Assembly (NCBI GenBank): GCA_035485735.1
Contig: DATHNS010000015.1
Span: forward strand, 38,881 to 102,880
Source of the DNA: Ferruginibacter sp.
GTDB lineage: Bacteria; Bacteroidota; Bacteroidia; Chitinophagales; Chitinophagaceae
Direction of reading: 5' to 3'
Length of the DNA: 64,000 nt
Position numbers and translations under genes: made by a program. Positions 28,601 to 38,427 of the stretch are shown here, one piece after another. The notes beneath the pieces were generated by a model. The model saw only the letters and a list, made by a program, of their open reading frames with translations, was not told where the DNA came from and did no database searches. Within the stretch, counting starts at the first letter, position 1, and every line of letters begins with the position of its first letter.

Positions 28601-30695
28601 TGCTTTCGTATCTCTTACCTGGCTAACACAGGGTACAAAAACCGTAACCGTCAATTACACAGGTGGCGGATGCCCCGGCGCTCTCGCTGCAACAAATACT
28701 ACTGTTGTAGATCCTGTGCCTGTGCCTACTTTCACAACTGCTCCTTCCAGCCCTGCGTGTATAAATAGCAGCGCGACCTACACTACACAAACCGGACAGG
28801 TAGGTTATACATGGGCCGTTCCTGGTGTATCAGGAACAGACTATACGATTACATCAGGTGGCATTGGCACTACCGATAGTACAGTTACAGTAACCTGGTT
28901 AACCAGTGGCTCAAAAACAGTGACTGTAAACTATTACAACGCCACTACTTTTTGCACCGGTGCTACACCAGCCTCTTCAACAATAACAGTCAATTCTATA
29001 CTAGTGCCTACTTTTACGGTTATGCCGGCAGCTGGTATATGTTTAGGCAGCAGTGCTACATACACCACTCAGGCTGCACAAACAAATTATGTATGGAGTG
29101 TGCCAGGTGTTGCAGGAACAGATTATAGCATTACATCGGGCGGTATCGGTACAACAAATAATACGGTTACAATAACATGGCTGAGCGCAGGTAGTAAAAC
29201 AGTAACAGTTAATTACGGCACTGGCAGTTGTGCTTCTTCTGTACCTGCTTCTTCCACAACAACAGTTAATACTCCTTTGACTGCAAGCTTTACAGCACCG
29301 GTTGGCACCATTGCTTGCCAGAATACTACAGTAACGTATGTAACACAAGCCGGCCAAACAAATTATATATGGACAATACCGGGTATTGCAGGAACAGATT
29401 ATACTGTTGCGTCGGGAGGTACTTCATCTGACAATACAATAGCATTGACCTGGTTAACAAGCTCGAGTAAAATAGTAACGGTTAGTTATACAAGTGGTGA
29501 TGGTTGTCCAAGTACTACGGCAAGCTCTACTACTACAGTAAATGCATTACCGGCACCAACATTTACGACTTCACCAACAGCTACTACCTGTATCAATTCC
29601 GATGCAACCTATACAACGCAATCAGGCGAAACAAATTATATTTGGGCAATACCAGGCACTGCAGGAGTAGATTACACTATAACATCCGGCGGAGCCAATA
29701 CAGATAATACCGTAACACTAAAATGGTTAACAGCTGGTAGTAAAACTGTTGCGGTTAATTATTCTAATTCGGCTAATTGCACTGCGGCAACCGCAACAAC
29801 ATCTACGCCAACTACTGTAAGTATCGGGCCTGATGCAAGTAATCTTACCATACCTTCAGCAACACCTGCCTGTATGGGTATAAGCGGTTCTACTGTAACG
29901 GTCAACTCTAATACATTGGCTGCTACTACTTACACGGTGACCTATAATCTCGGTGCACCAAATACCGCAACTAATTTAACGGCAACGATGGTCTTTTCTG
30001 CTGACGCAGGAACTTTTACCGTACCATCCGGTAATTTAAGTACAGCAGGTGCAACAACCATAACAATTACGGGCTTGCAAAACAGCAGTTGCAATACAAG
30101 CGGATTATCAACGTTGGGAACAATTACTGTTAATAGTATGGCGATACCAAGTTTTACAACAGAACCACCAGGAGCAAGTGCCTGTGCAAGCGACAATGTT
30201 ATTTATACAACCCAATCAGGACAATCAGATTATGTATGGAGTTATTCAGGTACTTTAAATTCTGATTATTCAATTGTAACGGGCGGTAGTTCATCAGATA
30301 ATACTGTAACAATAGAATGGCTGAATACGATAGGCAGTAAAACTGTTTCGGTTAATTATACCAGTACAACAGGTTGTTCGGCAACAGGCCCCACTTCATC
30401 TACACCAATTGCAATTAATATCTGCAATATTCTTCCTTTATACATACCATCCGGATTTGCAGCTAACGGTAAAAATCCTATATGGCATATTGCTAACAGT
30501 GAAGACTACCCGAATATGCAGGTACAGGTATATAACCGTTGGGGAAAGAAAGTATTCGAGTGCAAAGGATTTACGGCCTGGGATGGAACTTTAAATGGGC
30601 AGAATTTACCAATGGGCGTTTATACCTATGAGATCAAAGTGAATGACCCGAGTTATAAAAAGGTACTGAGTGGTACGATCACATTGATCCGATAA
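25686..30695 (+). CDS. Large T9SS type-B CTD adhesin-like protein (beta-helix-like N-terminus, seven ~92-aa Ig/PKD-like repeats)
   Basis: Signal peptide; Thr/Gly/Asn-rich; TYTTQ.GQ.NY.W repeats; C-terminus VYNRWGKKVF...WDG...G.Y.Y...G.ITLIR. Confidence 0.88.
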   Translation: MTLFTFSVRKALLFLFFFLLSIFQVAYATNIQSTGAGGAWNSTASWSPAQVPTAGDVVTINSGSPVSITIPAACATITVNTGATLTMLSSITVTGSVTVNGTLNCTTNFIFGACSFTLANSNSAFLMIGDPGGITTNPTLSGNIENTGGRSFPSSANYMYDGVANQNTGSGLPTTINGGGSLTIDNTGTSPTNVVTLTAATSSIQNINLQAGSLSLNGKTVTVNGTILNTGGNLATTSAGADGGNFIINGASLTGPTTFYNLNCVSTNSTITTSGLNSPLIDGTLLINSSIRFGGTNSPRYASGSTLSYAGNPNNRGLEWNADLTTTPTIGVTQGYPYNVFINSGSDFDICNYKDNGNDGAIPRGLAGNLTTSALTMLDWINYSDNTQPAYYLNPLLNQTGSFTVGGNMIVNAGGNINMSKIGGSGAFTITGSLTINGAGANVDLDSMTNIFSVGNGITLNNGSLNVGYTGVATKLQVTGDIVQNGGTITDSSGVMSLTGNFTKTGGTFSTGKGTVDFDGSTTQTFTTNLASETFNSLIIANTSANVVLAKNLTVNDSLLFTKGLLVTGANTLTMATGGIVSNASQSTGWVDGNLQRNITGTSPYVFDVGDATKYTPATITFNSVTTPGEITVSSAGPFTSMPGLGSFALSTTSYADRFWTITKNSGTYGNYTGAFTYGTASLTGIATPAALEAGVYNGTSWTYPSSSYTGGTTITATGITALGGAATTVALAICVTPTTYAVTGGGAYCAGGAGEPVGLNNSQNGINYQLQIGGTNTGAPVAGTGAVISFGNQTAAGTYTVVATNTATACTNPMTGSAVVSINALPTPTFTAQPGASICNNTSATYTTQAGQTNYIWTIPGTAGTAYTITSGGTATDNTVTLTWLTAGSKTVKVNYSSAVGSCLGAAPASSTTTVNASPVPTYTGIPPAEICVGNSVTYATQVGNSNYLWSVPGTNGVDYTIISGGTGTTNAFVSLTWLTQGTKTVTVNYTGGGCPGALAATNTTVVDPVPVPTFTTAPSSPACINSSATYTTQTGQVGYTWAVPGVSGTDYTITSGGIGTTDSTVTVTWLTSGSKTVTVNYYNATTFCTGATPASSTITVNSILVPTFTVMPAAGICLGSSATYTTQAAQTNYVWSVPGVAGTDYSITSGGIGTTNNTVTITWLSAGSKTVTVNYGTGSCASSVPASSTTTVNTPLTASFTAPVGTIACQNTTVTYVTQAGQTNYIWTIPGIAGTDYTVASGGTSSDNTIALTWLTSSSKIVTVSYTSGDGCPSTTASSTTTVNALPAPTFTTSPTATTCINSDATYTTQSGETNYIWAIPGTAGVDYTITSGGANTDNTVTLKWLTAGSKTVAVNYSNSANCTAATATTSTPTTVSIGPDASNLTIPSATPACMGISGSTVTVNSNTLAATTYTVTYNLGAPNTATNLTATMVFSADAGTFTVPSGNLSTAGATTITITGLQNSSCNTSGLSTLGTITVNSMAIPSFTTEPPGASACASDNVIYTTQSGQSDYVWSYSGTLNSDYSIVTGGSSSDNTVTIEWLNTIGSKTVSVNYTSTTGCSATGPTSSTPIAINICNILPLYIPSGFAANGKNPIWHIANSEDYPNMQVQVYNRWGKKVFECKGFTAWDGTLNGQNLPMGVYTYEIKVNDPSYKKVLSGTITLIR
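28161..30420 (+). repeat. Seven intragenic ~92-aa repeats, each with two Cys
   Basis: P.FT..P....C....TYTTQ.GQ.NY.W..PG..G.DY.I.SGG...N.V..TWL..GSKTV.VNY; six contiguous, the seventh after one unrelated domain. Confidence 0.9.
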
Positions 30696-30713
30696 AATAA
30701 ACACATCAAAAAG

Positions 30714-30749
30714 AAAATGCCAGAATCCGACAATGGATCCTGGCATTTT
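30714..30749. terminator. Bidirectional terminator
   Basis: AAAATGCCAG..ATCC / GGAT..CTGGCATTTT between convergent genes. Confidence 0.75.
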
Positions 30750-30774
30750 ACTTTATTATATTATTCTATAACTA

Positions 30775-31830
30775 TTATTGATTTGGAGCGCCGCCCTGAA
30801 GCTGGCCTTGTGGCCTTGGATGCGCTTTTCTTACAGAATCCATTATTTGTTGATGACGTTCTCTTTCTAATTGTTGTTTCTGCATTTGCTGGTCTTTGTA
30901 TTGATCAACAGTAAGGATATCAACTACCTCAACATTAAAAATAAGATTTTCATCAGGGCCAATTTTTGGACCAGACCCTTTTTTACCATAAGCCAAAGAT
31001 GAAGGGATCAGGAATATTCCTTTACTTCCTTTTTTCATTTGTCTTAAACCATCTACCCATCCCGGAATTACATTTATCTGGCCCATGTTAACTGCAAATG
31101 GACCTACATGGCCAAATTCAGCACTAACATTTGAATCAAATACAGTATCAACTAAGGTTTTACCTGTGTAATTAACCATAACAACACTGTTGCTATCGAT
31201 CAGATCACCCGCTCCAGGATCAGTAATAGAAACATAAGTGCCCCATTGCCCTTTTGTAGCAACGATATGTTTTGCAGTCATGTAATCTGTTAATTTTTTA
31301 TCATCCACTTTTAATTGATCTGCATTGTCAACTAATAATTTATTAACTGTTGCTATAGTCTTTTGATAAGCTATCGCCCTAGACGCCGCCAAGTGAGATT
31401 TTTGAGCACTGTCTTTTTGATCTTCAGTTTTAAATATGTTCATTATCGTGAAATATTGATAAATGTATTGTCCTTTTTTCATAAAAGGAGCCGCCTGGCC
31501 TTTTTTGATAAGTGTATCCGTAGATATTCTTACTACAAAACTATCGCCAACATATACTTTATCAAATATCAATTTAAACGCAGGCGGAAACTCTTCCGGA
31601 TTATATGACGCGTATTGCGGCATCCCATTATCGCGGCTGCTGTAAAGAAGGCTGTCGATATATACAACACGATTATTCAATTCAAGAAAATCTCCTGTAG
31701 TTGCTCTTACACCCGTTTCTTTACTGATGATCTTATATTCCAATCCATCCGGCGCATGCTTGTATTTGCCTTTACATGCTGCAAACAATACTGTAACAGC
31801 AAGTAATAAATAAGTGATTCTTTTGTTCAT
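30775..31830 (-). CDS. FKBP-type peptidyl-prolyl isomerase, lipoprotein
   Basis: Lipobox FAAC; VNYTGK...FDSN, VIPGW.DGL, IPSSLAYG, LIFNVEV. Confidence 0.93.
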   Translation of the reverse strand: MNKRITYLLLAVTVLFAACKGKYKHAPDGLEYKIISKETGVRATTGDFLELNNRVVYIDSLLYSSRDNGMPQYASYNPEEFPPAFKLIFDKVYVGDSFVVRISTDTLIKKGQAAPFMKKGQYIYQYFTIMNIFKTEDQKDSAQKSHLAASRAIAYQKTIATVNKLLVDNADQLKVDDKKLTDYMTAKHIVATKGQWGTYVSITDPGAGDLIDSNSVVMVNYTGKTLVDTVFDSNVSAEFGHVGPFAVNMGQINVIPGWVDGLRQMKKGSKGIFLIPSSLAYGKKGSGPKIGPDENLIFNVEVVDILTVDQYKDQQMQKQQLERERHQQIMDSVRKAHPRPQGQLQGGAPNQ

Positions 31831-31840
31831 TTGATTTGAT

Positions 31841-32860
31841 TTAAAATTTATAAGTACTTAATTGATCTTTATTCTCTTTCATGGCGGCAACAAATTTTGC
31901 TGCAACTTCTTCCAGCGGTTCTTTGCTGTTTCCGCCTGCTGCATTGTAATGTCCGCCGCCGTTAAAATATTTTCTGGCAAAAGTGTTCACGTCAAAATCG
32001 CCTTTACTTCTAAAAGAGCTTTTACGTTCTTCACCCCTGTCTATAATGATCGCCGCCAATTTTATTCCCTGTATGCCCAGCGGATAATTTACCAATCCTT
32101 CGGTGTCTCCTGTTTTTGCATTGAACTTGATAAGGTCGCTTTGCGGTATTACTATTAATGCTGTATTGTATTCGTAAAATAATTCCAGTCTGTTGCTAAG
32201 TATGTTTCCTAAAAAACGGTAACGGCTCTCTGAATTGTTATCAAATATTGATTCATGCACATCACTATGCTGCAAACCTTTGTCTTTAAGCGCTGCCACC
32301 ATTCTATGTACACTTGCAGAAGTAGAGGGAAAACGAAAAGATCCCGTATCCGTCATTACACCTGCATATAAACATTCTGCTATTGCAATATTTATTTTAT
32401 CGGCATTGCCAGAATTAACGATAAAATCATAGACCATTTCTGCCGTAGAGCTTTTACCGGTATCACTAACACCGTATGCAAATTTTTCAACCTGCGGTTC
32501 CTGGTGATGATCAATTAAGATACGAACGGCTTTAGAAGCATCTAACTTAGGTTCCATTCTTTTGGTGCGACTAAGCGTATTAAAATCAAGACAAAATATC
32601 CATTCTGCCTCATCAATAATAGCGTCTGCCTTTTGCGTTTGCGCCTCATAATCAACTACCGATTTCGATTCCGGCATCCAGTTTAAAAAACTTGGCCAGT
32701 TGGTAGGTGAGATAACGGTAACGTTATGCCCTAACTGTTTTAAAAAATGATACAACCCCAAAGTTGACCCCATGGCATCACCATCAGGTTTTTGATGCAT
32801 TGTAATGACTACCTTTTTTGGTTGAGATAGCAGCGGATATAATTGTTCGATTGATAGCAT
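31841..32860 (-). CDS. nrnA: DHH-family phosphoesterase (NrnA-like)
   Basis: HQKPDGDAMGS, LIDHH, TDTGSF, SFRS, GGGHYNAAG; start moved to 32860. Confidence 0.88.
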   Translation of the reverse strand: MLSIEQLYPLLSQPKKVVITMHQKPDGDAMGSTLGLYHFLKQLGHNVTVISPTNWPSFLNWMPESKSVVDYEAQTQKADAIIDEAEWIFCLDFNTLSRTKRMEPKLDASKAVRILIDHHQEPQVEKFAYGVSDTGKSSTAEMVYDFIVNSGNADKINIAIAECLYAGVMTDTGSFRFPSTSASVHRMVAALKDKGLQHSDVHESIFDNNSESRYRFLGNILSNRLELFYEYNTALIVIPQSDLIKFNAKTGDTEGLVNYPLGIQGIKLAAIIIDRGEERKSSFRSKGDFDVNTFARKYFNGGGHYNAAGGNSKEPLEEVAAKFVAAMKENKDQLSTYKF

Positions 32861-32868
32861 AAAGCGGG

Positions 32869-32959
32869 CAAAAGTACTTTTAATTAGCCAATTGACAAAT
32901 ACCGGCATCATGGAATTAACAAAATGGTTACCGCCTAATTAAATTCCACCTTATCTTTG
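32869..32959. promoter_or_regulatory. Divergent -7 elements for the DHH gene (-) and ndk (+)
   Basis: TACTTTTG on - at 32869..32876; TATCTTTG on + at 32952..32959. Confidence 0.7.
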
Positions 32960-32979
32960 CTGCTCAAAAATACAAACTG

Positions 32980-33396
32980 ATGAGTAAGAGAACGTTCACG
33001 ATGATCAAGCCAGATGCGACCGCCAAGGGCAATACTGGCGCTATTTTAAGTATGATAAACGCTGCAGGTTTCAGGATCGTGGCCATGAAAATGCTGCACC
33101 TGAGCACAGAAAAAGCCGGTGAATTCTATGCCGTGCATAAAGAAAGGCCTTTCTACGGTGAATTAGTAGATTTTATGGCTCAGGGGCCAATAACAGCTGC
33201 CATTCTGGAAAAAGACAATGCAGTAGAAGATTTTCGCAAATTGATCGGCGCTACCAATCCTGCACAAGCTGCAGAAGGTACGATCCGTAAATTATACGCT
33301 GCATCCATCGGTGAAAATGCTGTTCACGGAAGTGACAGTGATGAGAACGCTGCTATCGAAGGCGATTTCTTTTTCAGTAAGCTGGAACAGTTTTAA
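32980..33396 (+). CDS. ndk: Nucleoside diphosphate kinase
   Basis: [33 protein letters not shown]. Confidence 0.98.
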   Translation: MSKRTFTMIKPDATAKGNTGAILSMINAAGFRIVAMKMLHLSTEKAGEFYAVHKERPFYGELVDFMAQGPITAAILEKDNAVEDFRKLIGATNPAQAAEGTIRKLYAASIGENAVHGSDSDENAAIEGDFFFSKLEQF

Positions 33397-33479
33397 TAAA
33401 TAAATTCAAAGAAAGAATCCCAAATTCCAGCGATGGAGTTTGGGATCTTTTCTTTCCTTTCACGAGACATTTTTTGAAA

Positions 33480-35261
33480 TTATTTTCCGCACCCTTTTAA
33501 TAATTCAGGATCCACAGGATAATTAAGATCTTTTGCAATTTGGATGTCGTTACAATAGTCGCTTAGCAACAGTTTTTTTATTTGTCCGCGGATATAATAT
33601 CCATAACCGGATTTCGGATCAATAACGATCGCCTTATTACAATCTGCCAAAGCCGATGCCATATTTGCATCTGATTTTTTTATGGATGATTTAACGGGTA
33701 GAGTCCAGTTCGCATTAAAGGATTGATCATTCGTTCCACCACTGACAAAATAAGATCTCACAGTAATGTTATTAGCAATATCGACTTTTGCAACTGCTCT
33801 GTTCACGTATGCCTGATAAAATGAAAAATTGATCTCAATCGCTTTATTATAATCATCTAAAGCCTGCTGGTATTTCCCTAACGCCATTAATATATCTCCC
33901 CTTACATTGTAAAAATCTTCTGTCGTAAAATCCTTAAGGTCAGGTGCTAACGTTAGCGCTGTATTGATAGCCACTAATGCTGAATCGTAATCGCCCAATG
34001 CAAACTTAGATTGCGCAATAGAAAGCTGCGCGGTTGCAAAAAACAAAGCTATCTGCTTGTCTAGTGTTGTTGGGTCCCACCCTGTATGCTTTTGATTTAA
34101 CTTATAGTCATCAACAACATTTTCTTTATTATTAAAAGAAGCAGTATAATCTGATAGTGCCTGTGTATAATCCTTTGCCGTAAAATAGGCATTACCCCGA
34201 AAACATAACATCATTGAATTTTTTGGAAACTTTTTCAATCCTGCCGTGTATATCCTAATCGCTTTATCATATTGCTGCAAATTATAAAATGCAACTCCTC
34301 TCTGATAATAATAACTTGCTTTGCCTGAATCGCAATAAATATCAATTGAATATTCCAGGTTATTTTTTAATGAATCTGTTGGGCCATATTTTTTAAGCGT
34401 ATCATAAGCAGTATATAAATCAACACAGTAACCGTCCATATCTTCAAGTGTGTAGTCGACGAATGACCGGTTATAATAAGCACCATAATCTTTAGGATTT
34501 AATTTTACTGCTTTTGCATAATCTGCCATTGCCAGATCACGTTCTGTAAGGCTCGCATAAATTGCGGCTCTGCCCAGGTATAATTTTTCCTGATTACTAT
34601 CAAGAGAAATGGCCATATTTATATCCTGCAAGGCTTCCTGCGTCATTTGTTTATTGAAATAGTGATCCGCACGTTCAAAATAAGCATCGTAATTATCAGG
34701 GGCCAGCTCTACAGCTTTATTAAAATCAAAAATAGCAAGAGAAGAATATCCCATTGATTCATTGAACTTTCCTCTTTGAATATAGTATTCAGCAGCTTTT
34801 GGAGCCAGTTCTATCGCTTCATCCATATCGGCTGAAGCGTTCGATCTATCGCCCAAAAATGCTTTTAGTTGTCCTCTTTGGGCATATAACATTGCATTGC
34901 CCGGATCCATGGCCAAACCTTTATTATAGCATTCAAGCGCCTTATTATAATCACTTTTCATAGAATAGGCCATACCAATATTTGCATAGCAATTACCACA
35001 CGCAGGATCAATGGCTAGCGCATCTGTATAATACTTTTTTCCAAGGTCCAATTGTTTGTTTTGAATATAGAGATACCCGAGCCAACGCAAAACATTTTCA
35101 TTGTTTGGGGCAGCTTTTAGTTCCTTCTGAAAGAATGGTATTAGCTTTTCAGTTTTTCCCGCTCTTTGAAAAGAGTCGACAATTTTATCGTATTTATTGG
35201 GTTTTTGTGCAACTGCAAAAAAAGCGCAAAGCGTTAACAGGATTGTTATAAAATGTTTCAT
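33480..35261 (-). CDS. Exported multi-TPR protein
   Basis: Signal peptide; many Y..RG...A..D...AI.L.P repeats. Confidence 0.88.
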   Translation of the reverse strand: MKHFITILLTLCAFFAVAQKPNKYDKIVDSFQRAGKTEKLIPFFQKELKAAPNNENVLRWLGYLYIQNKQLDLGKKYYTDALAIDPACGNCYANIGMAYSMKSDYNKALECYNKGLAMDPGNAMLYAQRGQLKAFLGDRSNASADMDEAIELAPKAAEYYIQRGKFNESMGYSSLAIFDFNKAVELAPDNYDAYFERADHYFNKQMTQEALQDINMAISLDSNQEKLYLGRAAIYASLTERDLAMADYAKAVKLNPKDYGAYYNRSFVDYTLEDMDGYCVDLYTAYDTLKKYGPTDSLKNNLEYSIDIYCDSGKASYYYQRGVAFYNLQQYDKAIRIYTAGLKKFPKNSMMLCFRGNAYFTAKDYTQALSDYTASFNNKENVVDDYKLNQKHTGWDPTTLDKQIALFFATAQLSIAQSKFALGDYDSALVAINTALTLAPDLKDFTTEDFYNVRGDILMALGKYQQALDDYNKAIEINFSFYQAYVNRAVAKVDIANNITVRSYFVSGGTNDQSFNANWTLPVKSSIKKSDANMASALADCNKAIVIDPKSGYGYYIRGQIKKLLLSDYCNDIQIAKDLNYPVDPELLKGCGK

Positions 35262-35373
35262 AAAGATTTACGTCTGATCCTAAAAATAAACCAAGCATTT
35301 ATCCTTAGCAAATATTTTATTGTATGAATAAAAAAACAAATCCCAAGACTGGAGTTGAAGATGTTGTTGTAAT

Positions 35374-35410
35374 AAAAAAGACAAATTCATTTCTGAATTT
35401 GTCTTTTTTT
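35374..35410. terminator. Terminator of the orphan gene 35458..35913
   Basis: AAAAAAGACAAATTCA-TTTC-TGAATTTGTCTTTTTT. Confidence 0.85.
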
Positions 35411-35457
35411 ATTTTCTTGTTATTATATATGATATTACCTTAAAGAAGGAAATATCT

Positions 35458-35913
35458 CTATTGATTTATATTGCCAATAATAACTTGTATCCCCAATACG
35501 CCTGCGCTATATACTGATACGCCATTAAAAGGTTCTCCTAAAGATTGTCCATGGCTACCTACACGAAATCCGTTCGAATTCAAATAATTCTCTACTTGTA
35601 TAGCTGCTGATCCTCCATTGCTACCTTGCATAAGCATGATACCAACAATTGTATCCTTAGGGGAACTCTGTTTGCTGACAACCATTTGTAATAATTTTTT
35701 TAGATCTGTATTTGTCAACAAAATCTTAGTGTCAACATCACCCATACCTACGGTGCTGTTATTACCGTCGATTATATGAATGCCTCCCGATGGCGATGGC
35801 AAGGTGGTGTCAGCAGATACTGCAGATAAATTTGTTGAATTTGTTTTACTAAAACCAGCTGTTGCTGTTAGCGTAAATATTGCGGGAACCGCAATCAATA
35901 ATAATTTGTTCAT
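35458..35913 (-). CDS. Hypothetical exported protein
   Basis: 151-aa ORF with signal peptide filling a gene-sized gap; no recognisable family. Confidence 0.6.
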   Translation of the reverse strand: MNKLLLIAVPAIFTLTATAGFSKTNSTNLSAVSADTTLPSPSGGIHIIDGNNSTVGMGDVDTKILLTNTDLKKLLQMVVSKQSSPKDTIVGIMLMQGSNGGSAAIQVENYLNSNGFRVGSHGQSLGEPFNGVSVYSAGVLGIQVIIGNINQ

Positions 35914-35989
35914 ATAGTTAGTTTTTATACGCCGAAACTAAGTTCTTTTTGGATACATGCAATAATTATTTATTAACGTGCCATGTAAT

Positions 35990-36023
35990 AAAAAAGACGA
36001 ATTTGTATTGAATTCGTCTTTTT
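35990..36023. terminator. lepA terminator
   Basis: AAAAAGACGAATT..AATTCGTCTTTTT. Confidence 0.85.
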
Positions 36024-36072
36024 ATTTATTATTGGTAATTTGACTGATCGTTTTTTGATCATTTCAATGGCA

Positions 36073-37863
36073 TCAATCATTCAACTTCAAAACCGCTAAA
36101 AACGCTTCCTGCGGCACTTCCACATTACCGATCTGCTTCATTCTTTTTTTACCTTCTTTTTGTTTTTCGAGGAGCTTACGTTTACGGCTGATATCACCGC
36201 CGTAACATTTAGCGGTTACATCTTTACGTATGGCGCTGATATTTTCTCTTGCAACAACCTTTGCACCGATAGAAGCCTGTATCGCAATTTGAAATTGCTG
36301 CCGCGGCAAAAGATCTTTTAATTTTTCACATAATTTTCTTCCGAATTCATGTGCCCTGGCTCTGTGTATCAAAGCACTTAAGGCGTCCAATTTATCTCCG
36401 TTCAATAAAATATCCATTTTTACAATATCACTCGGGCGATATTCTATCGGATGATAATCGAAAGAAGCGTAGCCTCTTGTAATGCTTTTTAATTTATCAT
36501 AAAAATCAAAAACGATCTCTGTTAACGGCATATCAAACGCGAGCTCAACCCTTGTTGGTGTTAAATATTGCTGACTGGTCAATACGCCTCGTTTACCGAT
36601 GCACAACGTCATGATATTACCTATATAATCCGGCTTGGTAATGATCTGCGCCCTAATAAAAGGTTCTTCTATTTTTTCGATCCTTGTTGGATCAGGCATT
36701 TCTGTTGGATTGTTGATAATGATCACTTCGCCTTTAGAAGTGGTAGCAGTAAAACTTACATTGGGTACTGTTGTTATAACCGTTTGATTGAATTCTCTTT
36801 CCAAACGTTCCTGGATAATTTCCATGTGGAGCATCCCCAAAAAACCGCAACGAAAACCAAAACCTAATGCCTGGGATGTTTCCAATTCAAAAGTTAAAGA
36901 CGCATCGTTCAATTGAAGTTTGTCCATACAATCTCTCAACTCTTCAAAAGCATCTGTTTCTACAGGAAATATCCCTGCAAATACCATTGGCTTAACATCC
37001 TGAAAACCTTTAATGGATTCTGTGGAACCATTCACCATTGTTGTAATGGTGTCACCTACTTTTACTTCTTTGGCATTTTTTATACCGGTAATGATATAGC
37101 CCACATCTCCTGCCCTTACTTCACTTTTTGCTTCCATTCCTAATTTCAAAATACCTACTTCATCCGCACCATATTCCAAACCGGTATTAGAGAATTTAAT
37201 TTTATCATTCTTCTTTAGTGTGCCATTAAATATGCGATAGTAAACAATGATACCTCTGAAAGAATTATATACGCTATCAAATATCAATGCCTGCAATGGT
37301 GCATTGATATCACCCTTTGGTGCAGGTATACGTTTGATGATTGCTGCTAAGATCTCTTCGATACCGATACCACTTTTTCCACTGGCCAATAAAATATCGT
37401 CAACTTTGCAACCGATCAATTCTACTATCTGATCCTGCACTTCCGGGATCATGGCGCCATCCATATCGATCTTATTGATCACCGGAATAATTTCCAGGTT
37501 ATTCTCTATAGCTAAATATAGATTTGAAATTGTTTGTGCCTGTATTCCCTGCGAAGCATCTACCAGTAATAAAGCGCCTTCGCAAGCCGCCAAAGCACGA
37601 CTCACTTCATAACTAAAATCTACATGCCCGGGTGTATCAATAAGATTTAAAACGTATTCTTCTCCGTTCAATTTATAATTGATCTGAATAGCATGGCTTT
37701 TAATCGTGATGCCTTTTTCTCTTTCCAGATCCATATCATCCAATACCTGCGATTGCATGTCCCTTTCACCAATGGTATGGGTAAATTCCAATAGACGGTC
37801 TGCCAGTGTGCTCTTACCGTGATCAATATGTGCAATAATGCAAAAATTCCTGATATTCTTCAT
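36073..37863 (-). CDS. lepA: Elongation factor 4
   Basis: [56 protein letters not shown]; start moved to 37863. Confidence 0.99.
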   Translation of the reverse strand: MKNIRNFCIIAHIDHGKSTLADRLLEFTHTIGERDMQSQVLDDMDLEREKGITIKSHAIQINYKLNGEEYVLNLIDTPGHVDFSYEVSRALAACEGALLLVDASQGIQAQTISNLYLAIENNLEIIPVINKIDMDGAMIPEVQDQIVELIGCKVDDILLASGKSGIGIEEILAAIIKRIPAPKGDINAPLQALIFDSVYNSFRGIIVYYRIFNGTLKKNDKIKFSNTGLEYGADEVGILKLGMEAKSEVRAGDVGYIITGIKNAKEVKVGDTITTMVNGSTESIKGFQDVKPMVFAGIFPVETDAFEELRDCMDKLQLNDASLTFELETSQALGFGFRCGFLGMLHMEIIQERLEREFNQTVITTVPNVSFTATTSKGEVIIINNPTEMPDPTRIEKIEEPFIRAQIITKPDYIGNIMTLCIGKRGVLTSQQYLTPTRVELAFDMPLTEIVFDFYDKLKSITRGYASFDYHPIEYRPSDIVKMDILLNGDKLDALSALIHRARAHEFGRKLCEKLKDLLPRQQFQIAIQASIGAKVVARENISAIRKDVTAKCYGGDISRKRKLLEKQKEGKKRMKQIGNVEVPQEAFLAVLKLND

Positions 37864-37889
37864 CCTTACTTGTCCTCTTTTGAGAGCAG

Positions 37890-37897
37890 CAAAAGTA
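37890..37897 (-). promoter_or_regulatory. -7 element for lepA
   Basis: TACTTTTG; supports the 37863 start. Confidence 0.7.
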
Positions 37898-37927
37898 ACT
37901 GATTTTTGGGGATTAACAGTGTCACAT

Positions 37928-37958
37928 AAAAACGCCACACTTTTAAAAGCATGGCGTT
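37928..37958 (-). terminator. Terminator of DoxX paralog 1
   Basis: AAAAACGCCAC...ATGGCGTT. Confidence 0.75.
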
Positions 37959-37983
37959 ACATAGGCTATAATATTTATAAAAC

Positions 37984-38427
37984 TTATTTATGTTCAGTAT
38001 CTATCTCTGTTTTATAATAATTCATGAAAGATACCGGGCCGTCGCCTTCTATAACAAATACTATCAATAACAACAGTACCAGTAAAGAAAAGATCAGTCC
38101 GCTTTCAAAAGCAAAAATCCCCTCGTGTGCGTGCACAAAAATAATAGCCCCCAATACAATGGGTATCTGTACTGCCGAAGCCACTCTTGTAAAGATCCCG
38201 ATGACTATTAAAAATCCCGCAATTATATTTATCCATATAACAGCGTAATCCAACCAGGGTTGATCCATATGGAAACTACTGACCATCAGATCATGAAACT
38301 GTAATGAGTGATTAAAAAAAGAAAAACCTTTTAGTAGCAGGCTAAGGCCAAGTGCTACTCTAAAGAAAGCAAGCCATTTTGGATTATGGGCTGCGGTCCA
38401 ATCTGCAATTTTGTGTGATGAAAGCAT
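37984..38427 (-). CDS. DoxX-family membrane protein (paralog 1)
   Basis: RVALG..LLLKG, GFLIVIGIFTRVAS..QIP, EGDGP.S. Confidence 0.85.
   Translation of the reverse strand: MLSSHKIADWTAAHNPKWLAFFRVALGLSLLLKGFSFFNHSLQFHDLMVSSFHMDQPWLDYAVIWINIIAGFLIVIGIFTRVASAVQIPIVLGAIIFVHAHEGIFAFESGLIFSLLVLLLLIVFVIEGDGPVSFMNYYKTEIDTEHK

Noticed and set aside
28230-29385. DGR template/variable repeat pair
   Set aside because: Both copies are in-frame parts of one ORF's domain repeats, with a single mismatch and no reverse transcriptase nearby.
30775-31830. gldI call for the FKBP lipoprotein
   Set aside because: FKBP fold is clear, but orthology to GldI cannot be established by eye.
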